A stretch of DNA of 63,663 nt, counting the filler, from Octopus bimaculoides (taxonomy: Eukaryota): NCBI RefSeq assembly GCF_001194135.2. It is 8 parts of 7 records of this genome, joined end to end, with 100 filler letters (N's around TTAATTAATTAA, not from the genome) between each part and the next. Parts side by side here need not be neighbours in the genome. Positions count along the whole stretch, not along the records: positions 48,423 to 50,293 come from NC_068986.1; positions 50,394 to 57,482 come from NC_068987.1; positions 57,583 to 61,652 come from NC_069005.1; positions 61,753 to 63,663 come from NW_026398235.1; 4 more parts are not named here. One strand, given 5' to 3'. Shown here piece by piece: positions 49,296 through 63,663 of the stretch; the first letter of the stretch is position 1, and each line of letters opens with the position of its first letter. The position numbers were made by a program, and so were the translations under genes. The notes below the pieces were generated by a model. The model did no database searches, was not told the DNA's origin, and was given only the letters and a program-made list of their open reading frames with translations.

Positions 49296-49479
49296 TGCCG
49301 CATTTGTGATGAGTATTTATGCTGGTGTGTGTTTAGATCACTGTTGAATTCACAAACAACATTTTGTGACTTCAGTGTGAATTCCAACATATCTTTATTG
49401 TTCTAATTTTTTTCTTTTTTTTTTGCTGATAATCTATAGCCAGTTCTTATAATTTGGGGGCTGAAAAGATTATTTTATA

Positions 49480-49630
49480 ACATTTGCTTCCCAGTCACAT
49501 GGTTCTGGGTTCAGTCCCACCATACCATGCAGCAGCTTGAGCAAGTGTCATCTACTATAGCCTTGAGCCGACCAAAGCCTTATGAGTGGATTTGGTAGAT
49601 GGAAAATGTAAGAAGCCTGCTGTATATATA
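49480..49630 (+). mobile_element. SINE family A head with CpGs decayed
   Basis: CATGGTTCTGGGTTCAGTCCCAC...GAGCAAGTGTC...GGTAGATGGAAAA. Confidence 0.8.
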
Positions 49631-50254
49631 TATATATACATACACCATAAAAACCCATGTAATTTGCGCAACTGTGTAATTTACGCAGGTGATTTTCAGG
49701 ATAAAATTCATGTAAAATTCACACCCCAAAATTTTCAGAATTGCTGATATGGTCAGGGGGAAAAGGTTTTCAATTTACTTGTATTTAGCATAATTTCACT
49801 TACTTATGATTAGATTCTATTAAATTTTCATTAAATAAAAATAATTTCTGTTTAACAGGTATCACATTGAAAGTTATTAAATTACAAAGTGTTTGTGTTG
49901 TTAATAATAAACATTATTTTACATTTCTTGCCCACAAGAGATTATGTTCGATCTTTATTTTACTGCTGTATGTCTCCTCAAATCACGATTATGGGAAAAG
50001 TTGTTGATAAGAATTATCAACAAAAACAAAGTTGATAAATATGCGCAGGTGTTGCAAATTAAGTATAATTACCAATAAACATCAACTTGAACGACACTTT
50101 ACTCAACCAAGTAAAATATGTAAAATATGGCCCAGACTATGGTTACCAGCATGAACGTCAGACTTCAAAATGTAGTTAACCATTTAATGGTTTTAGTAAA
50201 TTTATACAGAAAAAGTAAGCATTATACTGTGCATCTATACTATAAAAGGCAGAT

Positions 50255-50293
<39 letters not shown>

Positions 50294-51253
50294 NNNNNNN
50301 NNNNNNNNNNNNNNNNNNNNNNNNNNNNNNNNNNNNNTTAATTAATTAANNNNNNNNNNNNNNNNNNNNNNNNNNNNNNNNNNNNNNNNNNNNATGGTCA
50401 TCCACTATTACCTCCCACCAAATGTTGACCACTGACCAGAGAGACTGCAGTGGAAAACACTTGCTCAAGGCACTGCAAAATGTGTAGTTGCAAAGCTACA
50501 TTTCTTAACCACCCCTGCACCCAAGATATAGAAATCCTGCCATGAAAGAGTTAATTCATTTCTTAATCCAAAGGAAAAGAAACAATATCCATATTTTTAC
50601 AATTTCTAATCTCTGTACTGAGAGATAGAAATCTAAAAAAAAAAGTAGGTCATTAATCATTGATTATAGGATGACTAATGACCTCAGTTTTTTTTTTTTC
50701 TTTTATCGCACAGATGGTTCTTTACTCAGTTTAAATAGAAATAAGCCTGATCAGCTGTTTATGTATGACACTACCACCACCATAATACTCCCTCCTGTCT
50801 GTCACCACATAATTCAGTCAGCTGCACTGAAATTTCAACAGCAATATCAAAAACACATGAACACACTGGTATCCACAAATATACACAAACATGCATGCAC
50901 ATACATAAACATACACAAACACACACATGCATATATGTAAACACATGTATTATGTGTAAGCAGACACAAGCAAGCAATCTTTCCAGAAATACATTCCTAA
51001 GAAATGATATTACACACACATACACACACACAAACAGCAGGTAAATTGTAATGACGCAGGTCTTTTGTTCAAGGGAGCAGGGACCATGTGCAGCTTAAAG
51101 CAGTATTTACATGTGAAATACAAAAACAAGTAGGTGCAAGTCTTAACACCAAACACGTAATTAAATTTTTGCCAGGTAGTCTAAGACATTGGGGCTAGCT
51201 GTTTAACAAACACATTTGAACTCACATATCTATTATTATTATTATTATTTGTG

Positions 51254-51299
<46 letters not shown>

Positions 51300-51984
51300 C
51301 AGCAGCAGTAGCAGTAGTAGTAGTAGTAGAAGAAGAAGAAGAGGAGCTAAACTCCACAGACACTTAAATAATTAAAGTTTATATGTACACTGTGTGTGTG
51401 TGTGTGTGCGTGTGCGTGTGTTACACTGGCTGCCACCTCCTCACTTCTACACTTTCCTCTCAGACATGAACAATCCACACACCCATTATCCCATGGTGCA
51501 ACACTTCCGCACCTCTATACACACAGACTGCGTTGTCTTTCATTTTATGTTCATTGCTTTCTTAACACACACAGAAACACCTATAAATATGCAAGTGAAT
51601 AATAAACATCATCATTTAACATCCATTTCCCATACCGGCATGGGTTGGATAGTTTGGCAGGGGTTGGATAGTTTGGATAGTTTGGCAGGAGCTAGTAAAC
51701 CAGAGGACTTCTTCAAGCTCTCCTGTCAGCTTTGGAATAATTTCTATGGCTGGATGCCCTTCTTAACACCAACCACTTTACAGGGTATACAGGGTACTTT
51801 TTATGTGGCACCAACAGGGGACTTGCAAGACAAGACCCTTCAAATGAAGGGGGAGTAGTACAGAGGGAGGACTTTGTGCTAAGTGATGAAGGTTAGGGTA
51901 TAATAGAGGGATAGAAACCAGTATGTGTGTCTATGTATAGACACACACATGTATATGTATATATACACATGTGTATGTATAGAT

Positions 51985-52322
51985 ATCTTTTACTTGTTTC
52001 AATCATTAGACTGTGGCCATACTGGGGCATTACCTTGAAGGATTTTTAGTAAAATTAATCAACCCCAGTACTTATTTTTTGTTAAGCGTGGTACTTATTC
52101 TATTGGTCTCATTTGCTGAACTGCTATGCTACAGGGTCGTAACCACACCAACACAATGTGTGCACACATGCCCGCATGCATACAACAGGCTTCTTTCAGT
52201 TTCTGTCTACCAAATCTGCTCACAAGGTTATAGAAGAGACTTGCCCAAGATGCCACACAGTTGGACTGAACCCAGAACAATGTGGTTGGAAAGTAAGCTT
52301 TGTACCACACAGTCACACACCT
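51985..52322 (-). mobile_element. SINE family A with CpGs decayed
   Basis: Both modules recognisable. Confidence 0.8.
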
Positions 52323-52489
52323 GTACAGACAGATATATATATATCATCATCATATATATATATCATCATCATCATCATCATCATCATCGTTTAACGTCCG
52401 CTTTCCATGCTAGCATGGGTTGGACGATTTGACTGAGGACTGGTGAAACCGGATGGCAACACCAGATATATATATATATATGCACAGGT

Positions 52490-53118
52490 AAGGGTCGGCA
52501 ATGTGTATAGTGAAGATTCCGGGTAGAAGTAAGGTTTAGAATCAAAGGGCCTTAGAGTCAATGCTGCAAAAACCAAAGTCCAAGTAAGTAGGAAGGCAAA
52601 CACATCACAAACCCCTTCAGGTAGATGGCCCTGTTCTGTTTGCAGAAAAGTTATATGTAGAAACTCCATAAGATGTATCCAGTGTAAGCTATGGACACAT
52701 AAGAGGTGCAGCAACATCAAAGGAAGATTAACCGGGAAGATAGCTTTTGTGTGTGGCAGATGCACAGGGGCAATAAACACCGCAGATGCTCAGAAAACTG
52801 ATTCCATCAGATGCCAAGGGAAAAAACAGGAGTAGTTGATAGCTTCCGCTACCTAGGTGACCAAGTCTGTAGTGGGGGGGGGGGATGCTCAGAAAGCATT
52901 GCCACTAGAATAAGAATAGCCTAGGCAAAGTTCAGAAAGCTCCTACTTCTACTAGTGACGAAGGGCCTCTCACTCAGAGTGAAAGTTAAATTGTATGATG
53001 CATGTGTGCGAACTGCCATGCTACATGGCAGTGAAACATGGGCCATGACTGCTGAAGATATGCATGACCTCGAAATAAACGAAGCTAATATGATCCACTG
53101 GATATGTAATGTCAGTGT
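52490..53118 (+). pseudogene. RTE-clade LINE ORF2 fragment (RT motif D, PHD-like finger, motif E, thumb)
   Basis: GLESKGLRVNAAKTKV, then WPCSVC...CIQCKLWTHKRC...CGRC, a frameshift, VVDSFRYLGD, RIRIA*AKFR.L...L..KGLSLRVK.KLYDACVRTAMLHGSETWA. Confidence 0.9.
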
Positions 53119-55824
53119 GAATAAAACTGATAGCCAGAAACTATATAGAAACCTGTGTGGTGTATGTGCATGAATGTTCACATTCTATGTCTTCACAGAA
53201 ATCACTGAGCTTAAAAAACAAAACAAGTGAAGCTTGTTGACATTTTGTCAATAAATTATCCTCTAGCACTGCATTTCAAAGACAAATGGATTTTTATTTT
53301 TTTACACATACACACATCTATATTTATATGTGCATGTGTGTGTGTGTGTATGCATGTGTTAGCGACAAGATGGGCTTCCAGCTGTAAAACATAGCCTCAA
53401 TAATATGTAGTCATCTAATCCATGCTAACATGGTAAATCAAACATAAAACATAGGAAGAAACAAGTAACTGATAAATTCTAAAGACATGAATTATTTCAA
53501 ACTTACCCAGTTTCTAGAGATGTCACCCACACTTTCCTCTCTCCTACTTCTTTTATTTATTGTCCATCAAAACTTGCTCTTCACTATATTCACCCTCACA
53601 TTATATTCCCTAGTTCTAATAACCATCTCTCACTAGTCCACATATTCTGGCAACTTCTATCCAACTACACATCCTGTTATCTTGTCCCCATTCACTTCTA
53701 CTCACCCTGTACCTAGAGATCCAACTCTGACACCTCATCACCACTATTTCTATCTCTTTCCAGCTCCAATGCAACCATTCCTATCTTCTCTTCTATAATG
53801 TAAGTAGCAGTGTAGCTCCTCTACAAAAAGAAACTTGTTCCGTTCTCCCTTTTCTCATACTCTGATTCTTTATCTCCTAGCATAAAACCACCTCCCTCTC
53901 TATTGTAGCCCCACTCAGTCAAAAGGGTTCTTAGTTCTACAGGTTGCATGGCAACCTTACTAGAGCTGATGCCACAAAAACAAAACAAAAAAAAGAGTAG
54001 CTAGTCCATTATGAAGAGGTTAGCATTAGGAAGAGCATCCTGCCATAGAAACCATACTAAAACAGACACTGGAGCATCATGCAGTCTTTGGATCTATCAA
54101 ATCTTGTCAAACCGTGCAACTCATGCCAGTATAGAATGAGACATTAATTCACAACATGCAAAACAAGATACAAGAGTGACTTCTGTACACACGCACACTA
54201 CCATAGGGAAACAGTCAGGTATATTGACACCCAATACATGACTAGCACTTTATTGTATCAACCCCAACTAGAAGGTTGAGCTCAGAATGTAAAGCAACAT
54301 AAATAAGCATTTTGTCCTTAGCTCAACCAACTTCTGCCAATCCCTGTAATCCTACTTCCCACACTCTACACACGTGCATTCACACACACACACACATGTG
54401 CATACACACATCATGCATCACCTTAGATGTGATGTGGATGGGCTGATAGTGATTCTGTTACTTCCTCACTAATAATCAGATAAAAAAATTTTTTTAAACT
54501 TTTTACTCATATCTGTTTTTCTTAAGCACACACACACACACATGCATGCACAAAATAAAATACAAAGAGAACTCATAGAAATTAGAAACAGGAAAAGACA
54601 GCTGTGGCTACACTGCAGTTATAAAACTGACTGATTATAGGATAACTTTAGTGCTTGGCAAGTTACCACTAGTACTATAGATATAAACAAATTAAAGCAT
54701 GCAATACACACACACATAAAAACAGGCACAATTATATACACTAACGCAAATAGACACACACACACACACAGATACACAAACAAACAAGGAGTGTCTATAT
54801 GTTGACTTGAGCCAATGCTCTCATTGAGTTTTTGCATAGCCATTCAGCCTGCTCGAAATAGCAGTCAAATTTCTCTCAAATTACACCCTACTGCCTTAAA
54901 AACAGAATGGATACATTGCATAATGTAATCCTAAATGTCCCCAAAAACGACAGGATAATCACAGCTGGGATGCAAAGACAGACAGAAACACAGACAACAT
55001 TGAAAAAGTGATAGCTCTTAGTAAAAGGAAATCAAATTCCACCTCCTCCTCATCATCATTGCTGTTCTCATCATTATTATCATCATCATTTAAGTGGGTC
55101 TGAGTTTATACAGAATAGAATATGGAAACACTGAGGTCTCATGGCTGCATGAAGAATCGCAATTGTAATATTTTTAGGCACAACTATATGGCTAAGAGTT
55201 TCACTTCCCAAGCAAGTAGTTTTGGTTTCAGTCCCACTGCAAGGCATAGCTGTATGTTAAAATGTTCACTTCTCAACCATGTGGTTTTGGGTTCAGTCCT
55301 AAGTCAGTCCCATTTGAGTAGACTCCTAATGAAATGCATTACAACCATGGCCATCTATTTTGTTGTAGTCTAGAACTAAGTTCTTTAATGTATCTTGCAT
55401 TTTTTTTTAACATGGTAGGATGTCATCTCAGAGACATCTGGCAGCTATTTTTAACTGGTACAAGTCGGAAACTACAAAAGTACAACCACTCTTTAAATGT
55501 GTGTCATTATCCTTCCTCCCCATAGTGTCAACTTCCTAAGAATTTCCTCCCCACCCTTATTTTAAACCTTGCACATTTACAAGATGAATAGCAACTTTAT
55601 TGATCTTCCCTATCTTGAGGGGGTGGTGGTTATATTGTCAATAAGCGATAAAAAAAAAATTCTGGGCCATTTCTTTTGATCACCCTCTTAGAATAGGATA
55701 AATGAGAGTGCAATTAGTAATTATGGCAAATAGAGTTGCAATAGCAGAGAGACAGACAGACAGACAGACACTATAGAATTTTTGGTTTAAAGTTAGATTT
55801 TTCAGTAACAAAACATTTATTGTG

Positions 55825-55870
<46 letters not shown>

Positions 55871-57111
55871 ATAAATTGACTTTGAGTTTTTACCTGTAAT
55901 TTTGGATTTTGTCCCTAATATTATTATATATATATATAGATATATATACATCCAACCCATGCAGATATGATGGCTATGAGATGATTAATAATGATGATCA
56001 ACTTACAATGAAAAATGATAAGCTATTTTATCCAATGAGAGATGACTAACACTTAAGAAAGGATAGTACACTGCTCCGATATCAGAGACAATAAACTGCC
56101 AGGACATTATTGTAACATCTAGTGATACAGCAGAGTGTAAGTATTAGTGACCTAGCTGTCAATGTACAGCAAAACAATTTAACATTATATATATATATAT
56201 ATTGAAGGACACGCATGAGTAGACACATACAATAGGAATACAAAATACAAAATACAAAATGGCTGATAGTTAGCAAGGTGAGACACACATAAGAAAGAAG
56301 GAAACAAAGGACCACTGATGAGGTCACAGAAGTGTGACGAAAGAACTCTGGCCGAAATAAGATTAAGATTAATGTAATATAAAGCTATATATATATATAT
56401 ATATATATATATACTACTGAAAATTAATAAAGCAAACATGGTCATTTGTTTATAACATAGTGAAAGGAGAAGAAGGGGATAGTGTAGTGTCCATGAGCTT
56501 TCCAGGTTTTCCAGTCCAACAAGATTGATGAAGCTGATGTTCTTCAATGTTAAGAGTATATTTGTTTTAAACGTCTCATATAAACTATCATAATACAACT
56601 ATTTTGGGTTCTATACACAATCAGTCTAAATAAAATAGTTTGCCAACAACTACAGACAATTTTCTTTAATAATCTATTTTTAATGAAATCATTAAAGGCT
56701 TTCTTTTTTTTTTTTTCCATATGAACAAGTTTGCTGCTGTATGTGAGAAATTTATAGTTCATTTTGATCTAAAAATGATTTTAACATCTCCAGGGATATT
56801 CAGAGCTAAATTCAAGCTCACTTCAGAGATGGTGTTCTCCCCACCACACAAACACACACACACACAATAACTCAGTTACTATTTCATTAATTAATGCAAC
56901 TGGGACTACCCAAATGGAATACAAATATTTTACAAGATTTTGACCAGAATTCATTACTATCAAACTTAAAATCTCTGAAAGTAATGTAAAAATAGAACAT
57001 TGAATCCAATATATTTTAAAGATGGCATTGTCATGGTGAGGTCTTAATGAACCAAGTCAGCTTAGTTTCATTGTACTACTCGGATCTGAGCCACTGATGG
57101 AACCTTTAGAT

Positions 57112-57361
57112 CGGTGATTCTCAACTGGAGTCCATATGACCCATGGGGACCCACATAAAATTTTGTTGCTAAAATTTACATGCAAGAAATTGGTTATACG
57201 TTCACAATACACAAAACATTTTAATTCCTTATACAATTCCTAATAATATTTAATTATAAAAATATAATAGGATTGTTTAAACATAGAATGGCCTTGAGGG
57301 TCCACCCAAGTAAAACAGGAATTAATGGCATTCATAGGAGAAAAATGGTTGAGAACCACTG
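57112..57361. mobile_element. hAT (Charlie-like) MITE, 250 bp
   Basis: TIRs CGGTGATTCTCAAC / GTTGAGAACCACTG; perfect 8-bp TSD CTTTAGAT at 57104-57111 and 57362-57369. Confidence 0.92.
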
Positions 57362-57585
57362 CTTTAGATGGTTGCTCAACCTTCAAGAAATACCAACCAA
57401 ACGTCACTCAAAGCATACCCTACAGACTACTTTAAGAAGGATGATTATACTGAAAAATGTAATATATATATATATATATATANNNNNNNNNNNNNNNNNN
57501 NNNNNNNNNNNNNNNNNNNNNNNNNNTTAATTAATTAANNNNNNNNNNNNNNNNNNNNNNNNNNNNNNNNNNNNNNNNNNNNGGC

Positions 57586-57586
<1 letters not shown>

Positions 57587-57628
<42 letters not shown>

Positions 57629-57643
57629 GTGATGGTGATGGTG

Positions 57644-57675
<32 letters not shown>

Positions 57676-57690
57676 GGTGATGATGATGAC

Positions 57691-57724
<34 letters not shown>

Positions 57725-57731
57725 GTGATGG

Positions 57732-57769
<38 letters not shown>

Positions 57770-57770
57770 C
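57587..57770. repeat. (GAT)n microsatellite
   Basis: Directly visible; source of the poly-Met ORF. Confidence 0.95.
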
Positions 57771-58145
57771 TATTCGTTACAGCTGTTACTCCATTGCTGT
57801 TTTTTTTTTGTTTTCTATATCTTTTTCTGTTGTTGTTGATGTTGTTACGGCCATTATTGATGTTATGTCTATCGTGGTTGTCCTAATCGGTGTTTTATGC
57901 TTCATGTTAAGAAAACAAAAAAAGAAAGACTGGCGACACTCCACAACGGCCACCACCACCACCACCACCACGACCAATCACAACAACTACAACAACAATA
58001 ACCACAGCAACGATAACGACCTGTACTAACGTTAGCAACATCACGTGACCGATAGCTGACGGCGAATAAGTATTTATTGCTCGTTTATGTCCTTCAGTAA
58101 GATTTATGTTTCGTTCCAGACTCGGTCAGAATGTGAACTGTATAT

Positions 58146-59960
<1,815 letters not shown>

Positions 59961-60534
59961 GAAAATGATGATGATGAGGAAAGAAAAAGAGAAGTTGATA
60001 AAGAAAGAGGACGACAACAAGAGAGGGAGAAGGAGAAGGAAAATTGACTCCAGTTCTAACCTAGTGCTTTACTTATGAATCCCACCAAAAACTTGAAGAG
60101 TAACGATCGCCTCAACTGGATTCGAACGCAGAGAATCTGAATAAGTAACGTAACGCAGTCGCTCCATTCTTCTAACGCTTCTGCTAATTTACCATTTTAT
60201 CAAGGATTTCACAATGACATCTATAATGTACTGTACTCTATGCTCCACCTGCTTTCCTCTGTAACGCTACTCTAAGTTTACTGTTGTGTGTTGTGTCCTG
60301 TATAAATGCCATTTGCGCTAGCCTATTCTTAAGTGCAAGCTACCATACTTAATGCAGGTGAATTCATTCGTTTTTTCCACATCTATTTTAATCATTTCCA
60401 ATGTTATTTGATTTAAGGTGAAAAGTATTTTTAACGTAGTGTTTTATGGGTTTGTTTGTAGCTCTTTTCTTATTCTACAACTTTTGTTTATCGTTTTTGA
60501 AATTTGAATAAATTTTATCTCTATTCAGACATAT

Positions 60535-60830
60535 GATGATATAGAAAAACATTTCGACACCTCTTCGCTCTCAGTCAAAGCTTCAAAGCTGTCGAGGCCG
60601 CTCAAGATATTTGTGTCATAAACGTAGAAGGTGCTGTTACTGAAAGAACATTACAGAAATGGTTTTCACGCTTCAGCACGGAAAAATTCGACCTCGCAAA
60701 CTCTCCGCATTCCGTCGATCTGTTCAGTTCTATGAGGATTAACTGAACGAGCTCATCCACGAGAATCCACACTAGTCTATTATGGAATCGAGCCAGCTCT
60801 CATATTACCGTTGCCCATCACCTTCACTCA
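60535..60830 (+). pseudogene. Mariner transposase N-terminal (HTH) remnant
   Basis: EAAQDICVINVEGAVTERTLQKWFSRFSTEKFDLANSPHS...LNELIHENPH. Confidence 0.8.
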
Positions 60831-61119
60831 ATGGGTAAGGTTCAAACGACTCGACCAGCGTGCTTCTTCAATACGGCAACGCTTGCTACCTCATCGCTAA
60901 TTTGATCAAAATACTATTTAAGACTACAGTTGGGAAGTTCTACAGTACTTACTGTATTCTCCTGATATGGTGTTTTAAGATTAACACCTTTCTTTTAGTC
61001 ACACTCCCACAGTCTGCGAAGTGTTTCGTTCAACAACGACTTGGAAATGAAAACGTAGTTTGATGAATTCCTCGAGTGAAAATCTTGTGATTTCTACTGA
61101 CAACGTAGTTGCATTCATT

Positions 61120-61124
61120 TCTCT

Positions 61125-61217
<93 letters not shown>

Positions 61218-61477
61218 CTCTCGCACACACTCTCTCTCTCACACACACTCTCTCTCTCTTTCTACCTATCTATCTATCTATCTATCTCCCCACTCTCTTT
61301 TCTTCTCTCTTTCTCTCATTTTATATCTCTTTCTCTCCAATTTCTCTCTCATTCTATCTCTCTCACTACCTCTTATTCTCTCTCTCTCTCTCAGTCTTCC
61401 TCTCTCATCCCTCCTTATTTCTCTACTCATTATTCCCCACTCTCTTTCCCTCTCTCTTTTTCTCACACATACTCTCT

Positions 61478-61536
<59 letters not shown>

Positions 61537-61652
61537 ACTCTACTTCATTCAGTCTTTCTTTATATCTCTTTATCTCACTTTCACTCTTTCGATCTCTAAC
61601 TCTCACTTTCTCTCTCAAACGCCTTTATTCTCTTTCTCTCTTTCTCGCTCTC
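61120..61652. repeat. (CT)n-rich polypyrimidine tract with a (CA)n insert
   Basis: Directly visible. Confidence 0.95.
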
Positions 61653-61752
61653 NNNNNNNNNNNNNNNNNNNNNNNNNNNNNNNNNNNNNNNNNNNNTTAA
61701 TTAATTAANNNNNNNNNNNNNNNNNNNNNNNNNNNNNNNNNNNNNNNNNNNN

Positions 61753-61788
<36 letters not shown>

Positions 61789-61814
61789 CGTATATGTATT
61801 TACGTATGTATATG

Positions 61815-62195
61815 TAGGAGTGGCTGTATGGTAAGTAGCTTGGTTACCAACCACATGGTTCTGGGTTCTGGGTTCATTCCCACTGCGTGGCACCTTGGGC
61901 AAGTGTCTTCTACTATAGTCTCGGGCAGACTAAAGCCTTGTGAGTGGATTTGTTAGACGGAAACTGGAAGAAGCCCGTCGTATATATGCATATATATATA
62001 TGTGTGTGTGTATATGTTTATGTGTATATGTTTGATGCTGTTGTGTTTACGTCCCCGTAACTTAGAGGTTCGGCAAAAACGACCGATGGAATATGTACTA
62101 GGCTTCCAAAGAATAAGTCTTGGGGTCGATTTGCTCGACTAAAGGCGGTGCTCCAGCATGGCCGCAGTCAAATGACTGAAACAAATTAAAATAGA
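61815..62195 (+). mobile_element. SINE family A, near full length with CpGs retained
   Basis: AGGAGTGGCTGTATGGTAAG...CCACTGCGTGGCACCTTGGGCAAGTGTC...GACGGAAACTGGAAGAAGCCCGTCG...GGCGGTGCTCCAGCATGGCCGCAGTC. Confidence 0.92.
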
Positions 62196-63034
62196 AATAA
62201 CAATATATATATATATANNNNNNNNNNNNNNNNNNNNNNNNNNNNNNNNNNNNNNNNNNNNNNNNNNNNNNNNNNNNNNNNNNNNNNNNNNNNNNNNNNN
62301 NNNNNNNNNNNNNNNNNNNNNNNNNNNNNNNNNNNNNNNNNNNNNNNNNNNNNNNNNNNNNNNNNNNNNNNNNNNNNNNNNNNNNNNNNNNNNNNNNNNN
62401 NNNNNNNNNNNNNNNNNNNNNNNNNNNNNNNNNNNNNNNNNNNNNNNNNNNNNNNNNNNNNNNNNNNNNNNNNNNNNNNNNNNNNNNNNNNNNNNNNNNN
62501 NNNNNNNNNNNNNNNNNNNNNNNNNNNNNNNNNNNNNNNNNNNNNNNNNNNNNNNNNNNNNNNNNNNNNNNNNNNNNNNNNNNNNNNNNNNNNNNNNNNN
62601 NNNNNNNNNNNNNNNNNNNNNNNNNNNNNNNNNNNNNNNNNNNNNNNNNNNNNNNNNNNNNNNNNNNNNNNNNNNNNNNNNNNNNNNNNNNNNNNNNNNN
62701 NNNNNNNNNNNNNNNNNNNNNNNNNNNNNNNNNNNNNNNNNNNNNNNNNNNNNNNNNNNNNNNNNNNNNNNNNNNNNNNNNNNNNNNNNNNNNNNNNNNN
62801 NNNNNNNNNNNNNNNNNNNNNNNNNNNNNNNNNNNNNNNNNNNNNNNNNNNNNNNNNNNNNNNNNNNNNNNNNNNNNNNNNNNNNNNNNNNNNNNNNNNN
62901 NNNNNNNNNNNNNNNNNNNNNNNNNNNNNNNNNNNNNNNNNNNNNNNNNNNNNNNNNNNNNNNNNNNNNNNNNNNNNNNNNNNNNNNNNNNNNNNNNNNN
63001 NNNNNNNNNNNNNNNNNNNNNNNATATATATAGT

Positions 63035-63175
63035 TTTTTTCTTTTTTTAAACTTGTTTCAGTCATTTGGCTGCGGCCATGCTGGAGCACCGCCTTTAGTT
63101 GAGCAAATCAACCCCAAGACTTATTCTTTGGAAGCCTAGTACTTATTCCATCGGTTGCTTTTGCCGAAACAAGTA
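63035..63175 (-). mobile_element. SINE family A second module
   Basis: ACTTGTTTCAGTCATTTGGCTGCGGCCATGCTGGAGCACCGCC... Confidence 0.85.
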
Positions 63176-63202
63176 AACAGAGTAAAAAAAAAGAGAGTAT
63201 AT

Positions 63203-63266
<64 letters not shown>

Positions 63267-63663
63267 GTATTTAGATACACACGTATGCATTCACACACAG
63301 ACGTATTTTATCAAAATACGTATTAAATTCTGCTCTACTAATGTAAATATTATTGTTCGCACATATATAGTGTCTGTGTTCCGATTATTCGCCAAATTTG
63401 CTGCGACATAGTCGCCAGGGAAAGCGAAATCTCCCTACAGTACACCCAGTCTATTCCCCTTCTTTTCAGATGATCCGAACATATTGTATTGATACGCCAC
63501 AAGGGTGGTAAGATATCGGCATCTTCCATTCTCGGTGATTGCGAGGTGAGTTGTCTCACCTGTTCTCTGACATTCTGGTGTTCCTTAACAAACAGACAGA
63601 CAGGTAGACAGATAGACAGATAGACAGATAGGTAGACAGACATACATACAGACAGACAGACAG

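Noticed and set aside
58040-58055. TCACGTGA E-box/CLEAR-like site as a promoter
   Set aside because: A single 8-mer with no adjacent gene start or other support.

Overview
AT-rich, repeat-saturated eukaryotic DNA with no host-gene exon that I can support with confidence. The SINE families, RTE tails and microsatellite load point to a cephalopod, most likely an Octopus draft assembly (inference from recognised repeats). About 4.7 kb is N. Seven 100-bp spacers (44 N + TTAATTAATTAA + 44 N) are artificial joins, so the window is eight separately assembled blocks whose adjacency is not shown by the sequence. Recognisable content includes about 25 tRNA-derived SINE copies from four families and two Penelope-like (PLE) coding remnants (RT plus GIY-YIG). 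Other non-LTR pieces are an RTE fragment, a HERO-like fragment, an R4/Dong-like 3' end and two Tx1-like 3' ends. DNA transposon remnants are mariner, maT-type and Tigger fragments plus TA- and 8-bp-TSD MITEs. Most ORFs in the supplied track are microsatellite or N artefacts. The most interesting signal is a set of unrelated short elements embedded in microsatellites that carry hammerhead ribozyme (HHR) cores. One complete type I HHR can be rebuilt from an inverted duplication at 1.1-1.4 kb. The second highlight is a C4-H-C3 PHD-type finger inserted between RT motifs D and E of the RTE ORF2.
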